A DNA stretch of 64,000 nt, taken from a virus. The stretch lies in the IMG/VR virus record IMGVR_UViG_3300037424_001177, positions 1-64,000 of that record; one strand, given 5' to 3'. Positions 31,281 to 41,415 of the stretch are shown one piece after another (position 1 is the stretch's first letter; the number at the start of each line of letters is the position of its first letter). The translations under genes and the position numbers were made by a program. The notes under the pieces were generated by a model that was not told the origin of the DNA, ran no database searches, and saw only the letters and a list, made by a program, of their open reading frames with translations.

Positions 31281-32165
31281 ATGTCAGAAGAATTTGAGGT
31301 AGAAGTTCCAGATGTTGGTGATGCAGACATTGGTTTGTCTGACGACGAAGTGTCCAAGTACACGACACGATCCTCATGGTTCAAGGGCGAAAAAGACCAC
31401 CGCTACCGCGTGGCCTTGCTGTACTTCAGCCCGCTCAAGGTAGCGGTGACGCGTGCATTGAGGCTGAAGAAGCCGGATATCACCGAGGCTGAGCTGAAAG
31501 CTGGAATTCTTAAGGCACTCACACGTCGCGCTGAGGAGCGCAACAAGCCAGTCGCTCAGTTGCAGCCCCATGAGGTGCTGGACACTTCCCAGGTCAGATT
31601 CGTGCCGACCACGGCGTACTACAAGGAAGGTGTCGGGTACGTTATGCGTACGGGCAAGGAGGGTCCGGAAGCCGACAAAATTTGGGAGAAGATGGGAGAC
31701 TCGAAGGTCTACTTCACGACAGTCTTGGTGGTCTATCCGACGGATCGTCAAGGCAATCTCATGAAGGACCGCGTGCAGAAAGATTGGTATGTTGTCCCAT
31801 GGCGGCCTAGCTCTGCGGTGTATCAGCGGCTCAATGAGCTGCAAAAGTCGTTGAAGGAGAATGACCTGTCGTTGGCCACACAAGATCTGATGTTGGTGTG
31901 TACAAATAGCGGGTACCAGAACTTCAACGTGGATCCTGCCGGTAAGGCCTTTTGGACAGCCCGTGATGAGAGTGGAAAACTTCGTTGGCCGGACTTGCAC
32001 TACGAGATTTTGGAGAAGGCTTATGCATTCTACGGGAAGAAACTGGTACCGTTCCGTACAATGACGACTCTGGAGTTGAGCGAAAAGTTGGGGCTCGACG
32101 CCTCTTCTTCTGTAGCTGCTGACACAGGGTCTGATGACTTCTCTGATTTGATTGACGCCGTTTGA
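31281..32165 (+). CDS. Probable single-stranded DNA-binding protein (gp32-like)
   Basis: Size, position in the recombination block, acidic-hydrophobic tail SDDFSDLIDAV. Confidence 0.65.
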   Translation: MSEEFEVEVPDVGDADIGLSDDEVSKYTTRSSWFKGEKDHRYRVALLYFSPLKVAVTRALRLKKPDITEAELKAGILKALTRRAEERNKPVAQLQPHEVLDTSQVRFVPTTAYYKEGVGYVMRTGKEGPEADKIWEKMGDSKVYFTTVLVVYPTDRQGNLMKDRVQKDWYVVPWRPSSAVYQRLNELQKSLKENDLSLATQDLMLVCTNSGYQNFNVDPAGKAFWTARDESGKLRWPDLHYEILEKAYAFYGKKLVPFRTMTTLELSEKLGLDASSSVAADTGSDDFSDLIDAV

Positions 32166-32851
32166 TCACACTAGGTGTTGATCCGTCGTTGACCGGCTTC
32201 GGTTGGTGCGTACACGATTCTAGAATGTTGGGTTCTGGTCGTGTACGTGCCAAGGGAGTCTTTCGTACTTCGGCACAAGAAGTATTCCTTGTTCGATACC
32301 TTCAGCTCCGATCTTTGTTGGTCAAGTTGATTTGTGATCATCCGGAAATTGAAGCTGTCGGTGTCGAGTCCCCGCCTTTTGGTGAGTCCTGGAGCCCGGG
32401 CCTCTACGCATTGTTCGTGTACGTCAACGAAGCTGTCTATTTGTGTCGCCGAGATGTCGTTTTTTTCGATCCTTCGACAGTCAAGATGCTAGCCAAGTTG
32501 GATCCTTCCGTCCGACGAGGCAAGATGGATAAACAGGACATGAAAGAGGCCGCGAAGGCCGATACAGGTGTGCGACGCTGGACTCACGATGAGGCTGACG
32601 CCTATTTGATAGCGCGTTCCGCTGCTTGGTTTTGGTCCGTTATCGACGGCTCTTTGAAGGTGGCGGACCTGACGCCGTCTGAGAAGAGTTCGTTTTTTCG
32701 TATGGGCCCTCAAGAACAAGATCTGCAACCGCATCATCGAGGTTTGGTGTCTAAGGAGGGACAGCGCTTTTTCAGGTTCTCCAAGGTTCCAGTCGATCCA
32801 AATGAAGAGGGTCTCAAGCAATGGCTGCTAGGAAGTTGTTCAGCACTGTGA
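32162..32851 (+). CDS. ruvC: RuvC-like Holliday junction resolvase
   Basis: LGVDPSLTGFG, VGVE, PSTVK, DKQDM, HDEADA. Confidence 0.9.
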   Translation: MITLGVDPSLTGFGWCVHDSRMLGSGRVRAKGVFRTSAQEVFLVRYLQLRSLLVKLICDHPEIEAVGVESPPFGESWSPGLYALFVYVNEAVYLCRRDVVFFDPSTVKMLAKLDPSVRRGKMDKQDMKEAAKADTGVRRWTHDEADAYLIARSAAWFWSVIDGSLKVADLTPSEKSSFFRMGPQEQDLQPHHRGLVSKEGQRFFRFSKVPVDPNEEGLKQWLLGSCSAL

Positions 32852-34281
32852 GGGGTTCGTCGGTCCCTGTTGAGACCGTTCCCCATAAGGAAGTGAAATT
32901 GGAATCAGTAAATGTTGCGAAGAAACCTGTGAAAGTCGCAGGGCAGGAGGTAGTCGACAAGAAACCTGTGCCGGCTAAACCCAAAAACACACGTTCGTCG
33001 TCGCCCGATCAGGTGGTATTGACGGATCAACGTAAGCGTGCCGCGGAATCAGCGAAGCAGGTTGCTGCTGCACGATCGGAGATACTACGTCGGATGCAGC
33101 TGAAGGCTGTAGTCAAACACAGTGACAATTACGCTTCTGTTTCTTCTGGTTCATTTCTTCTGGATCACTTGATTGGCGGCACGCTAGCGGAAAACGGAAA
33201 GCCCATTTGTCTCGGGTATCCGCGACGCAAGATCACTGAGATCTTTGGGCCTGAGGCGAGCGGTAAGACAACCGCTGCGCTCGAAGCTATTGCTGCGTGT
33301 CAACGACAGGGGGGTTGGTGCCTGTATCTGGATCACGAGCACGCGCTCAATCCCAGGTACGCTCGAAAAATAGGCGTCAATCTCGAGGAGCGACTTCTGC
33401 ACTACGAACCAACTTCAATGGAAGAGAGCTGGAAGTTGTTGGCAATGGCCATGCGTCAGGGTTGTGATTTGGCCGTGATTGACTCTGTTGCAGCCATGGT
33501 TCCGAAGTCCGAACTCGAGAAGGGACTCGACGAACACGCTACCATCGGTGCTCGCGCGAGAGGACTTTCAGACACGTTACCAAAACTCGCAGCGTTGTTG
33601 GGCAGCACTAAGTTGTCTCCAACGGGCATGGCACTCATTCTGGTAAACCAAACCAGATCGTTGATTGGGGGCGGTAGCTACGGGGCCCCGCAGATGGATA
33701 CCAACACAGCTGGTGGGAAAGCGTTGAAGTTCTACGCCTATTTGCGCTTGAGTTTTAATCGCACGAAATCAGAGCGCATCAAACGCCGAGACAAGGTGAC
33801 GGGCAAGGACGTGTACTACCCGTACGGAAACCACACACGGGTGCGTGTGGTTAAGTCGAAGCTAGACGCTATGGAGGGACGCGTCGCAGGAGTCTTCATT
33901 CGATTCAACCATGGTTACGACGACCACTACAGTTTGATCGAAGCTGCGGTGGTCAATCGTCTTGTCAAGAAGGCGGGATCTTCATACGTGTACGCCGACC
34001 ATACTTTCAGAGGACGCGAGCAGTTGCGGGAGTACTTGATTCAGAATTCTGCCTCTTTTGAGAAATTGAAAACCTTGGTTCTTGCTGCGATTCGTGACGA
34101 CGGTGACAACATGTTAGTGCCTGAACCAGAAGACACTGTTGTGAGCGAGGAGGATACTCTCTTGTCGAGCCTTGGCATGGATGCCGATGTGGACGACGTG
34201 TCAGATGCGGAGGTGGAAGTTGAAGAGGTCGCGGACGCAGTTGACGAGGATGATCTGTTAGCGTCTGTAGAGGAAACTTGA
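32821..34281 (+). CDS. recA: RecA recombinase with basic N-terminal extension and acidic tail
   Basis: EIFGPEASGKTT, DHEHAL, IDSVAAM, NQTR, GGKALKFYA. Confidence 0.95.
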   Translation: MAARKLFSTVRGSSVPVETVPHKEVKLESVNVAKKPVKVAGQEVVDKKPVPAKPKNTRSSSPDQVVLTDQRKRAAESAKQVAAARSEILRRMQLKAVVKHSDNYASVSSGSFLLDHLIGGTLAENGKPICLGYPRRKITEIFGPEASGKTTAALEAIAACQRQGGWCLYLDHEHALNPRYARKIGVNLEERLLHYEPTSMEESWKLLAMAMRQGCDLAVIDSVAAMVPKSELEKGLDEHATIGARARGLSDTLPKLAALLGSTKLSPTGMALILVNQTRSLIGGGSYGAPQMDTNTAGGKALKFYAYLRLSFNRTKSERIKRRDKVTGKDVYYPYGNHTRVRVVKSKLDAMEGRVAGVFIRFNHGYDDHYSLIEAAVVNRLVKKAGSSYVYADHTFRGREQLREYLIQNSASFEKLKTLVLAAIRDDGDNMLVPEPEDTVVSEEDTLLSSLGMDADVDDVSDAEVEVEEVADAVDEDDLLASVEET

Positions 34282-35633
34282 TCGAAGTCGAGGTCAACAA
34301 TTTCCAGTCCATCACACATGTCTGTTTGGTGGTACAAGGATTCGTCTCGATCGTTGGTCGCAGCAACACAGGCAAGAGTGCGATTGCTCGCGCCTTGCGG
34401 TACGCGTTGACAGGCGCTGTGGGGACCTCCTTCGTCAGGCATGGCCTGACGTGTGAACGACGTCTACGTGGCGCCAAGAAGTGTCACTGCTTTGCGTCGG
34501 TTCGAGTCAAGACCTCTCAGATCGAAGTGGTTTGGGCCAAGGGGGATACAGAGAACCGCTATACGGTGACACGGAACGGTCGGACGGATGTGTATGAGGG
34601 CTTGGAGCGCGGCACGCCCGACTTTTTGTTGCCAGACTTTCGCACCGTTCGTATCGGGACCGGCAAGGAGCTGATCCAGATTGCTAAACAGTTTGAGCCG
34701 GTTTTCTTGCTGGACCAGTCTGGACCTGTGGTCGCGGATGTCTTGAGTGATGTGGCTCGTTTGGACGGAATCAACTCGGCGTCATCTTTGGTTTCTAAGG
34801 ATCGCAAGTCGGCAGTCTCAGAGCGGCGCGTCCGATGCGAGGATCTTGCGGACTACAACGGAAGACTCACACGCTATGTAGGCCTCGATCAAGTACCTGT
34901 TGAAGCTGTGCGAGAACAGCAGCAGGCAGCAAATACTGCACGTGAACGTGTCAGGGTCGTGGTTTCGTTTCTGGATCGTGCTTTGATTTTGAAGCGTTGG
35001 TACGAAGCGATCACGAAAGCTTTGAGACCCAAGGTTCCTGAGTATTCTCAGGTCCGAGATCTTGATCAGGCGGTTCGACAGGTCCATGACTACTTGATTA
35101 GCTCAGAGCGATTGGTCAGTTTCGTTGGCAACGTTGAACGCGCACTGTCTCCTCGCATTGAGGCTCCAGACGCTATACGTGAAGCTTCGAGGTGTTTGCG
35201 TCTTGTGGTTGGTTTCGAAGCTTTTCATACGACTCTGACGTCGACGGTTGCTGCGGCCGAGGGTCCAGCTACGTGTGATTTGCCGGTTTACGACGGTATC
35301 CAACAGCAAGCGCGAGAACTGACTCAAGTTGGCAGGTTTTCGGAAACGTTGAGTTTGCGTGCACAGACCTATCGCCGATTGTTGTCTACGTCGAATCTGA
35401 CTATTCCTCCAGAACCGTCGGCTTTGGTAACTGAAGCCAGACAACTGCAAGACCTTGGTCGCATTTTGATCAAGTTTAGCGAGTTTACTGAAACGATCCA
35501 TAAACTGTCACAAGAGCTGTCCAACCTCGAGTCGGAGTTCCGTCGGCTTGATCAGGAGACGAAGGAGCTTGGAGTTTGTCCGACGTGCGGACAAATCATT
35601 ACGGTCGTGCACGTTCATAGCGAGGTCGCATGA
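34278..35633 (+). CDS. SbcC/Rad50-like ATPase, N-terminal half
   Basis: NFQS, Walker A GRSNTGKS, Q-loop, coiled coil ending at a CPTCGQ zinc hook; no Walker B. Confidence 0.88.
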   Translation: MIEVEVNNFQSITHVCLVVQGFVSIVGRSNTGKSAIARALRYALTGAVGTSFVRHGLTCERRLRGAKKCHCFASVRVKTSQIEVVWAKGDTENRYTVTRNGRTDVYEGLERGTPDFLLPDFRTVRIGTGKELIQIAKQFEPVFLLDQSGPVVADVLSDVARLDGINSASSLVSKDRKSAVSERRVRCEDLADYNGRLTRYVGLDQVPVEAVREQQQAANTARERVRVVVSFLDRALILKRWYEAITKALRPKVPEYSQVRDLDQAVRQVHDYLISSERLVSFVGNVERALSPRIEAPDAIREASRCLRLVVGFEAFHTTLTSTVAAAEGPATCDLPVYDGIQQQARELTQVGRFSETLSLRAQTYRRLLSTSNLTIPPEPSALVTEARQLQDLGRILIKFSEFTETIHKLSQELSNLESEFRRLDQETKELGVCPTCGQIITVVHVHSEVA

Positions 35634-36601
35634 GTTTGGTCTTTGTTTTTCGTACCGACGTACACGCGGCTGATCGGGCTCCTCCTAGCTGGAAAGGAGA
35701 TTACTTGGCCGAGATCCTGTCTAGCCTCACACAAATTGGAGAGATTGCTAAGGCACGTCGTGCTGTGGCTGTTTTGGATGGCGGAGACTTTATTCACGTT
35801 AAGACCGCGTCCAGGACGTCACACGCACTTGTTGTGAAGGTGTTGGAGTTGCACGCGAACTACCCGTGTCCTGTCTGGTGTGTCGAGGGTAACCACGATG
35901 TCGTCGGGGACAATTTGGACACGATATCGCAGCAACCGTTGGGCGTCTTGTATCAGACCTGTTTTCGACATCTCCGTGACGTTGTCTTCGAGGACGGGGA
36001 CTTGAGGGTGCGTGTAGTGGGCGTTCCGTACAGTGCCCATAGGACGGTGGAAGAGATCCAGGCAATACGAAAACAACCGGGGGACACACATTTGATTGCT
36101 TTGGTCCACGCGTTGGCTGGCGAGAATCCGCCGGCACACGTCGAGGAGTTTTTTGGCGAGCCAGTTTTCCGGTATCAAGCTCTCATCTACGAAGGCGGTC
36201 CGGATGCATTTTTATTTGGCCATTGGCATCGGGATCAAGGCATTGTGCGTTTGAATGGTCGAATCTTCGTCAATCAAGGCGCTGTGTCTCGAGGCGCGTT
36301 GACACACGAGAACATCAACCGTGTGCCGAAGGTAGCTGTCTTGACGGTTACACAGGACGGCATTGAGGTGGAGGACATTCCTCTGTCTGTGGCACCTCCT
36401 GAAGAGGTTTTTGACTTCGATCGGAAGACCAGAGAAGACCAACAGGTTGTTGTGATCAATCAGTTCGTGAAACAACTTGAGACGGAGCTTGAAACGTCTG
36501 CGGATGATGACTTCGTGACTAGCGTCGAGAAGCTAGACTTTGCACCAGAGGTACGGGTACGTGCGTTGGCTTACCTGGAACGGGCTCGCATTGCTTCATG
36601 A
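35630..36601 (+). CDS. sbcD: SbcD/Mre11-like metallophosphoesterase
   Basis: TDVH, GGDFIH, GNHD, GHWH, NQGA. Confidence 0.9.
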   Translation: MSLVFVFRTDVHAADRAPPSWKGDYLAEILSSLTQIGEIAKARRAVAVLDGGDFIHVKTASRTSHALVVKVLELHANYPCPVWCVEGNHDVVGDNLDTISQQPLGVLYQTCFRHLRDVVFEDGDLRVRVVGVPYSAHRTVEEIQAIRKQPGDTHLIALVHALAGENPPAHVEEFFGEPVFRYQALIYEGGPDAFLFGHWHRDQGIVRLNGRIFVNQGAVSRGALTHENINRVPKVAVLTVTQDGIEVEDIPLSVAPPEEVFDFDRKTREDQQVVVINQFVKQLETELETSADDDFVTSVEKLDFAPEVRVRALAYLERARIAS

Positions 36602-37509
36602 TCAGACCTGACAGTCTTTGGGACGGGTACGTCTCGTATTCCGGTCGAAAGCTGTACGAGAACTGTCCCTACGCCTATTGGCATCGTTACGTGAACTGTA
36701 CGGTTTTGCCTGGGTTGCCAGACACACTTGCAACCCTTTATGGGGACGCCGTGGGCAACCTGTTCGGCAGATTTTATGTCGATGAGGGTTGGCGGGACGA
36801 TGATGCCACAGCTTGGTTGTTGGCACGTGTTGACGAGACTGTGACGCGTACGATACGTTATCGCACACAGAACAAGGATGGGAGTCCTAAGGCGTATTTA
36901 GGTTGGCAGGACGCTGAGCATCCCAAAGCGCTCTACGTTGACCGGAATGAACTTGTGTCGGATGTGCGGGCCACAGTCGCTCGTGGTCTCCAGATAATTC
37001 GGCACTACAGGTTACTCGGCAAAGAGGTTCTCGTTGAACACAAGTTGGACTTGCGTCTCCCGGCCGCGACCCTTGCAGGACGGTCTGATTTCATGATGCG
37101 TAGGACCCGGCCCAACAACGATCGTGTGATCTTGGATGGCAAGGGATCTCGCTGGCGGGGGAAGTACGAAGACCCCAAACAGCTGGCTTGGTACGCAATG
37201 CTCTGTGAGCGTCGCTATGGTTACGTGCCAGATCGTCTGGGTTTTGTTTTCTGGAGGTACTGGCCGCCAGAAAGTGTCGACTGGTATGAGCCTGTAAAAA
37301 ATGATCTAGACGACCTCTACGAGGCCACTCTTGGTGTTGTTGTAGAGATTCGTGGACTGTTACGCCGTCTAGCCGACGGCGAGGACCCTGATCAGGTCTT
37401 CGAGCCTAAGCCGACGCGTCAGCAGTGCCAGTTTTGTGACTACTCGTTTGGGTGCAAGAAAAAATATGACGCCAGAAATGATTCAAGCCAAGGTCGAGGA
37501 GCTGAGTAG
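36598..37509 (+). CDS. PD-(D/E)xK nuclease (RecB/Cas4-like)
   Basis: SYS..YENCP, GRSD, ILDGK, QLAWY, CQFCDY..C. Confidence 0.85.
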   Translation: MIRPDSLWDGYVSYSGRKLYENCPYAYWHRYVNCTVLPGLPDTLATLYGDAVGNLFGRFYVDEGWRDDDATAWLLARVDETVTRTIRYRTQNKDGSPKAYLGWQDAEHPKALYVDRNELVSDVRATVARGLQIIRHYRLLGKEVLVEHKLDLRLPAATLAGRSDFMMRRTRPNNDRVILDGKGSRWRGKYEDPKQLAWYAMLCERRYGYVPDRLGFVFWRYWPPESVDWYEPVKNDLDDLYEATLGVVVEIRGLLRRLADGEDPDQVFEPKPTRQQCQFCDYSFGCKKKYDARNDSSQGRGAE

Positions 37510-37744
37510 ACGTTACGCCACTGCTTCGGAGAAGCGGAGCACCTTGGGCGGACTCTTAGCTGCCAAGAAACAGGAGCTGATTGCCCTGACTCAGGAAATC
37601 GAGAAGGCAGGGTACAATCCGAAGACGCTGAAGGAGACCCGGGAGAAGCTACAAGCGGATCTCGAGGAGCGATTGAAAGACTTTGAAGGCAAACTACAAG
37701 AAGTAGAGAAGGCGCTAGCTGCGTTTGAAGGGGAAATGAAATAA
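37466..37744 (+). CDS. Small coiled-coil protein
   Basis: Heptad-rich, 92 aa. Confidence 0.75.
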   Translation: MTPEMIQAKVEELSRRYATASEKRSTLGGLLAAKKQELIALTQEIEKAGYNPKTLKETREKLQADLEERLKDFEGKLQEVEKALAAFEGEMK

Positions 37745-37746
37745 GG

Positions 37747-38901
37747 ATGATCCGAACCTTTCGTTACCCTCTCCGGCCTACCAAGGCTCAGGCCACAACT
37801 ATCGAAGATTGGCTGCGGCATTGTCGTTGGTTGTACAACGGAGCGTTGGAAGAGAGGATCTCATACTACAGGAAATTTGGTAAAGGGCTCACAAGGATCG
37901 ATCAGCAAAAATCTCTCACGGAACTGCGCTCGGATGACCTCTCCTGGACACAGATCCCGCTGAACGTTCTCCGATCTTCTCTTCGGAAGCTCGAGTTAGC
38001 CTACCAAGGCTTCTTTCGGCGTTTGAAGAAGGGCGAGACGCCCGGCTTCCCACGCTTCAAAGGAGCTAATAGGTTTCGTTCGTTTTCTCTTCAAAAATCA
38101 ACTAAGGTTGAGCACAAGGTCAAAGGATCTCAAGCCAAGGTTTGGATCCCAAAACTTGGATGGGTGCACTTTCACGAATACCGACCTATCCAAGGTAAAC
38201 TTTTGGATGTCTCGCTCCGTAAGGAGCATGACGACCGATGGTTTGTTTGCTTCCAGTGTGATTTAGGCAAGGCACCTGAAGTTTCAATTGATCCAACGAA
38301 GTCGGTAGGGATCGATCTAGGACTCAGACATTTTGTGACCCTCTCAAATGGTGAGACAATCGAGAATCCTCGATTCTTTCGAAAGTCGGAGAAGGTGCTT
38401 GCCGAACGGCAGCGCACTTTGCAACGCAAGCGCCGTGGCTCCAACTCTCGAATAGTGGCCAATAGACTCGTTGCTAAGGCACATCTTTGGATCCGAAATC
38501 AACGACTCGATTTCTCTAGGAAGCTGTCTAAACAATTATTTACAAGATTTGATGTGATCTTCCACGAGGACCTCAACATCAAAGGGATGACACGATCCCT
38601 GAATTTTGGAAAATCAGTCAACGATGCTGCTTGGGGTATTTTTCTCCGATCCTTAGCTTACAAAGCGGAAGAAGCTGGTAAGCTCTTGATCGGAGTTGAT
38701 CCAAGAGGAACCACACAACGGTGCAGTGGCTGCGGTGAGCACGTCCCAAAGGGACGTGCTCACCGCAGCCACCTGTGTCCCTCGTGTGGGCTCAACTTGG
38801 ACCGGGATCACAATGCGGCCCTAAACATTCAAACGCTCGGCTTGAGCGTGGTACTAGAACACACGAGGCCGGTGAAGCTTGCTATCGGTGTTCTATCTTA
38901 A
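37747..38901 (+). mobile_element. tnpB: IS200/IS605-family TnpB RNA-guided endonuclease (no TnpA in window)
   Basis: FRYPLRPT, GFPRFK, RuvC motifs GIDLG / HEDL / DRDHNAALNI, Zn finger CSGC..CPSC. Confidence 0.95.
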
Positions 38902-38962
38902 GTCCAAGGAGTGCTGGTCAATTGTGGCCTAGTAGTTATTTTGGGCAAAGTTGAGAGATGAA

Positions 38963-40237
38963 ATGAAGGTCAGAGTACAGCTGAAGGATCTGAATGAGGC
39001 TTTGAACCGTGTCTCGGTAGTCAAGCCTTTGAGTGTGGACCACGAGAAAGCCTACCTGTTCACTACACAGGATGACCAGATGTTGGTTCATTCTCAGGAC
39101 CGCTTTCACTACTCTCGAGTGTCCATACCGTGCGAAATGGTTGATGGTGAAGGCGCCATGATGTTTTCGTGGCCGGCTGATCGTGTCGAAGCTTTGAAGC
39201 ATTTGAACGGTTGGATTGAGATTGAGCCTGGCAAGGACGGAGACCGCCATTGGGTAAAGTATCGTACCGAGGAGGGCGTCACTGCTGACCGATCGTCACA
39301 TGATCCAGATTTCTATAAATCTGCATTTACGAGTATCAAGAGAAGCGCACAGGATACGGACTACGTGTTCTCGACAGTACTCTTGCGGGAAGCCTTGTCA
39401 CAGGTGGCGGACTACTTGGCACCTGACGGCACCGATGAGTCGAATCCGTTGCGTGTTGCACAGTTGTTCGACAGTGCTCGTCCAGAGTACGCATCTGGTA
39501 ATGGTACCTTTTTTGCGGCGGACGGACAACGTGTTTGTCACTTCCATAGTCCGTCACTGAAGGACAAAGGGTTTGGCGTTCACGCGCACCATGTCCCTAT
39601 GTTGATCAGTTACTTGTCAAAATGTTCTCCGACAGTCCGTGTACAGGTTGAAGAGCGGATGTGTTTCGCGAAAGACCAGGTCCCCGGCTCGTCGGAGATC
39701 AAGTCAGTATTTGGTTGGACGAAACACGTTCAAGAGCATAGTCGCTACGGCTATCCGCCGGACGAATACGCCAAGTTCATTCTGCGTGTGCCTCGAGATC
39801 AGATTGTTCGAGCGCTGCGGCAGATGATTGCAGAGTTCGGGGACCGTCCACAAGACAAGGTGCGCATCACGTACGAAGATTCAAAGCTGCTGTTTCGTTG
39901 CAGTTTGGATTCGGATGTCGTGACGAGCATGCCCGTCGAGACAGACCCTGTCCGGCAGGCGGATAAACCTGTGTTTTCTGCAAACATCAACATTCGTAGT
40001 TTTTTGGCCTTATTTGACAAGTCCAAGAGTCATTTGGTGGAGCTTCGTGCATTGTTGATACCCTCCAAGGCTGCTGCTACCGCAGGCGGTGAGGAGAAAA
40101 AAAGCTCGACTCGTTTGGCCTTTTGTACAGTGGACGAATATCACTTAACGGAATCAGGAAAATTGGTGGTTCCTACTGAAGGACAAGAGGGAGCACACCT
40201 GTGTCAAGTGTCGCGCTTCACAACGTCCATGACGTAG
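38963..40237 (+). CDS. dnaN: Beta sliding clamp-like protein
   Basis: Three-domain pattern, LNEALNRVS, FAADGQR, YP motif; full clamp loader present in window. Confidence 0.75.
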   Translation: MKVRVQLKDLNEALNRVSVVKPLSVDHEKAYLFTTQDDQMLVHSQDRFHYSRVSIPCEMVDGEGAMMFSWPADRVEALKHLNGWIEIEPGKDGDRHWVKYRTEEGVTADRSSHDPDFYKSAFTSIKRSAQDTDYVFSTVLLREALSQVADYLAPDGTDESNPLRVAQLFDSARPEYASGNGTFFAADGQRVCHFHSPSLKDKGFGVHAHHVPMLISYLSKCSPTVRVQVEERMCFAKDQVPGSSEIKSVFGWTKHVQEHSRYGYPPDEYAKFILRVPRDQIVRALRQMIAEFGDRPQDKVRITYEDSKLLFRCSLDSDVVTSMPVETDPVRQADKPVFSANINIRSFLALFDKSKSHLVELRALLIPSKAAATAGGEEKKSSTRLAFCTVDEYHLTESGKLVVPTEGQEGAHLCQVSRFTTSMT

Positions 40238-40884
40238 CGGATCTCACGCGGCGCACAGATCTGGTCGTACAGAAAGCCGTCAAGCTACGCACTTTGCGGG
40301 ACTCCGCACAGTCTGATGCAGATTCTTGTGCGAAAAAAATTCGCGATCTGGACGCAGAGATCGAGATTCTGTCCAAGGTCGGTGAGCTGTTTCACATTTT
40401 GATGGATCAGCTCGTCAACCAACAAGTTCGTTCTGTAGAGCGTGTGGCGACGGAAGGCTTACACACAGTGTTCCACGATCTGAATCTCAGTCTGGAGTCG
40501 GAGGTCGGTCCGAAGTACAACAAGATTTCAGTCGAATTCGCCGTACGTCGAGGAACTCTAGACGATCCTTTTTCACATGTCGGACCTCCTCTGGACTCAT
40601 TCGGAGGAGGCCCTAGTTCCGTGGTATCTTTGATCCTGAGAATCTTGGCGATCAAGAAATTGAAGCTTTGGCCATTTCTGATCTTGGATGAGTCGTTGGC
40701 GGCTGTGTCTGACGACTACGTAGACGCCGCGGGGCGTTTCATTCGAGATTTAGCGGACCGTCTCGGTTTCGACGTCCTTCTGGTCACACAGAAGACCGCT
40801 TTCCTGGATCACGCACACTCGGCTTACCGGTGTCAAGAGGAAGAGGTCTCTGATGGTACCCATCTCGTTTTGCGTCGAGCGTAG
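40201..40884 (+). CDS. SbcC/Rad50-like ATPase, C-terminal half
   Basis: Short coiled coil, signature SFGGG, Walker B LILDE, switch LVTQ. Confidence 0.85.
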   Translation: MSSVALHNVHDVADLTRRTDLVVQKAVKLRTLRDSAQSDADSCAKKIRDLDAEIEILSKVGELFHILMDQLVNQQVRSVERVATEGLHTVFHDLNLSLESEVGPKYNKISVEFAVRRGTLDDPFSHVGPPLDSFGGGPSSVVSLILRILAIKKLKLWPFLILDESLAAVSDDYVDAAGRFIRDLADRLGFDVLLVTQKTAFLDHAHSAYRCQEEEVSDGTHLVLRRA

Positions 40885-40890
40885 TTAGCG

Positions 40891-41415
40891 ATGCGATCAC
40901 GACAAGAAGTCGAGGCTCGTGTCCGCTACCTTGTGAATGAGGAGTTGGTCAGACGACTAGCTGAGATCGAGCAGTGTCAGCCACATCATTGCAAGCACAA
41001 CTATCGACATCCTCTTGACACTCGCCGTCGGATCGGTGAGACAGCCAATCCCAACTACAACAGGATTGCGTTGGCGGGTGAAGCGACGATCGGTTTGTGT
41101 ATGTTAGGGTCGGAGGATGTCGTGTCGTGGCCCGGCACGATTTGTGAAGACGTTGAGATGGCACTGGCGTGTCCGTACTACACTTCGAAAACAACCAGAG
41201 GTGATGTTTTAACAACATATCGCGACCAACTACAAGACCTTGCTTGGCTTGAGCAAAACTTGCCCCAAGTATTTGAACTTGTGTGGGTACTGCAAGCTGT
41301 TTCTGCACCAACCCTGACTTGGTGGCAAAGCCTTATTTTAGTGTGGAGGACCAGACGGAGCAAGTGGTTGAGGGCAGTGTCCAGACGCTTGAGCTTGCAA
41401 CGATTAGGTGAGTGA
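40891..41415 (+). CDS. Cys-containing hypothetical protein
   Basis: Co-oriented 174-aa ORF. Confidence 0.65.
   Translation: MRSRQEVEARVRYLVNEELVRRLAEIEQCQPHHCKHNYRHPLDTRRRIGETANPNYNRIALAGEATIGLCMLGSEDVVSWPGTICEDVEMALACPYYTSKTTRGDVLTTYRDQLQDLAWLEQNLPQVFELVWVLQAVSAPTLTWWQSLILVWRTRRSKWLRAVSRRLSLQRLGE

Noticed and set aside
31374-32000. Long antisense ORFs (also 26555-27130, 45093-45638, 56902-57423 and others)
   Set aside because: These are shadows of well-supported + strand genes and carry no motifs.
36598-37509. CRISPR-Cas locus (Cas4-like nuclease, TnpB as Cas12f)
   Set aside because: No repeat-spacer array or other cas genes were seen; the nuclease sits in a recombination operon.
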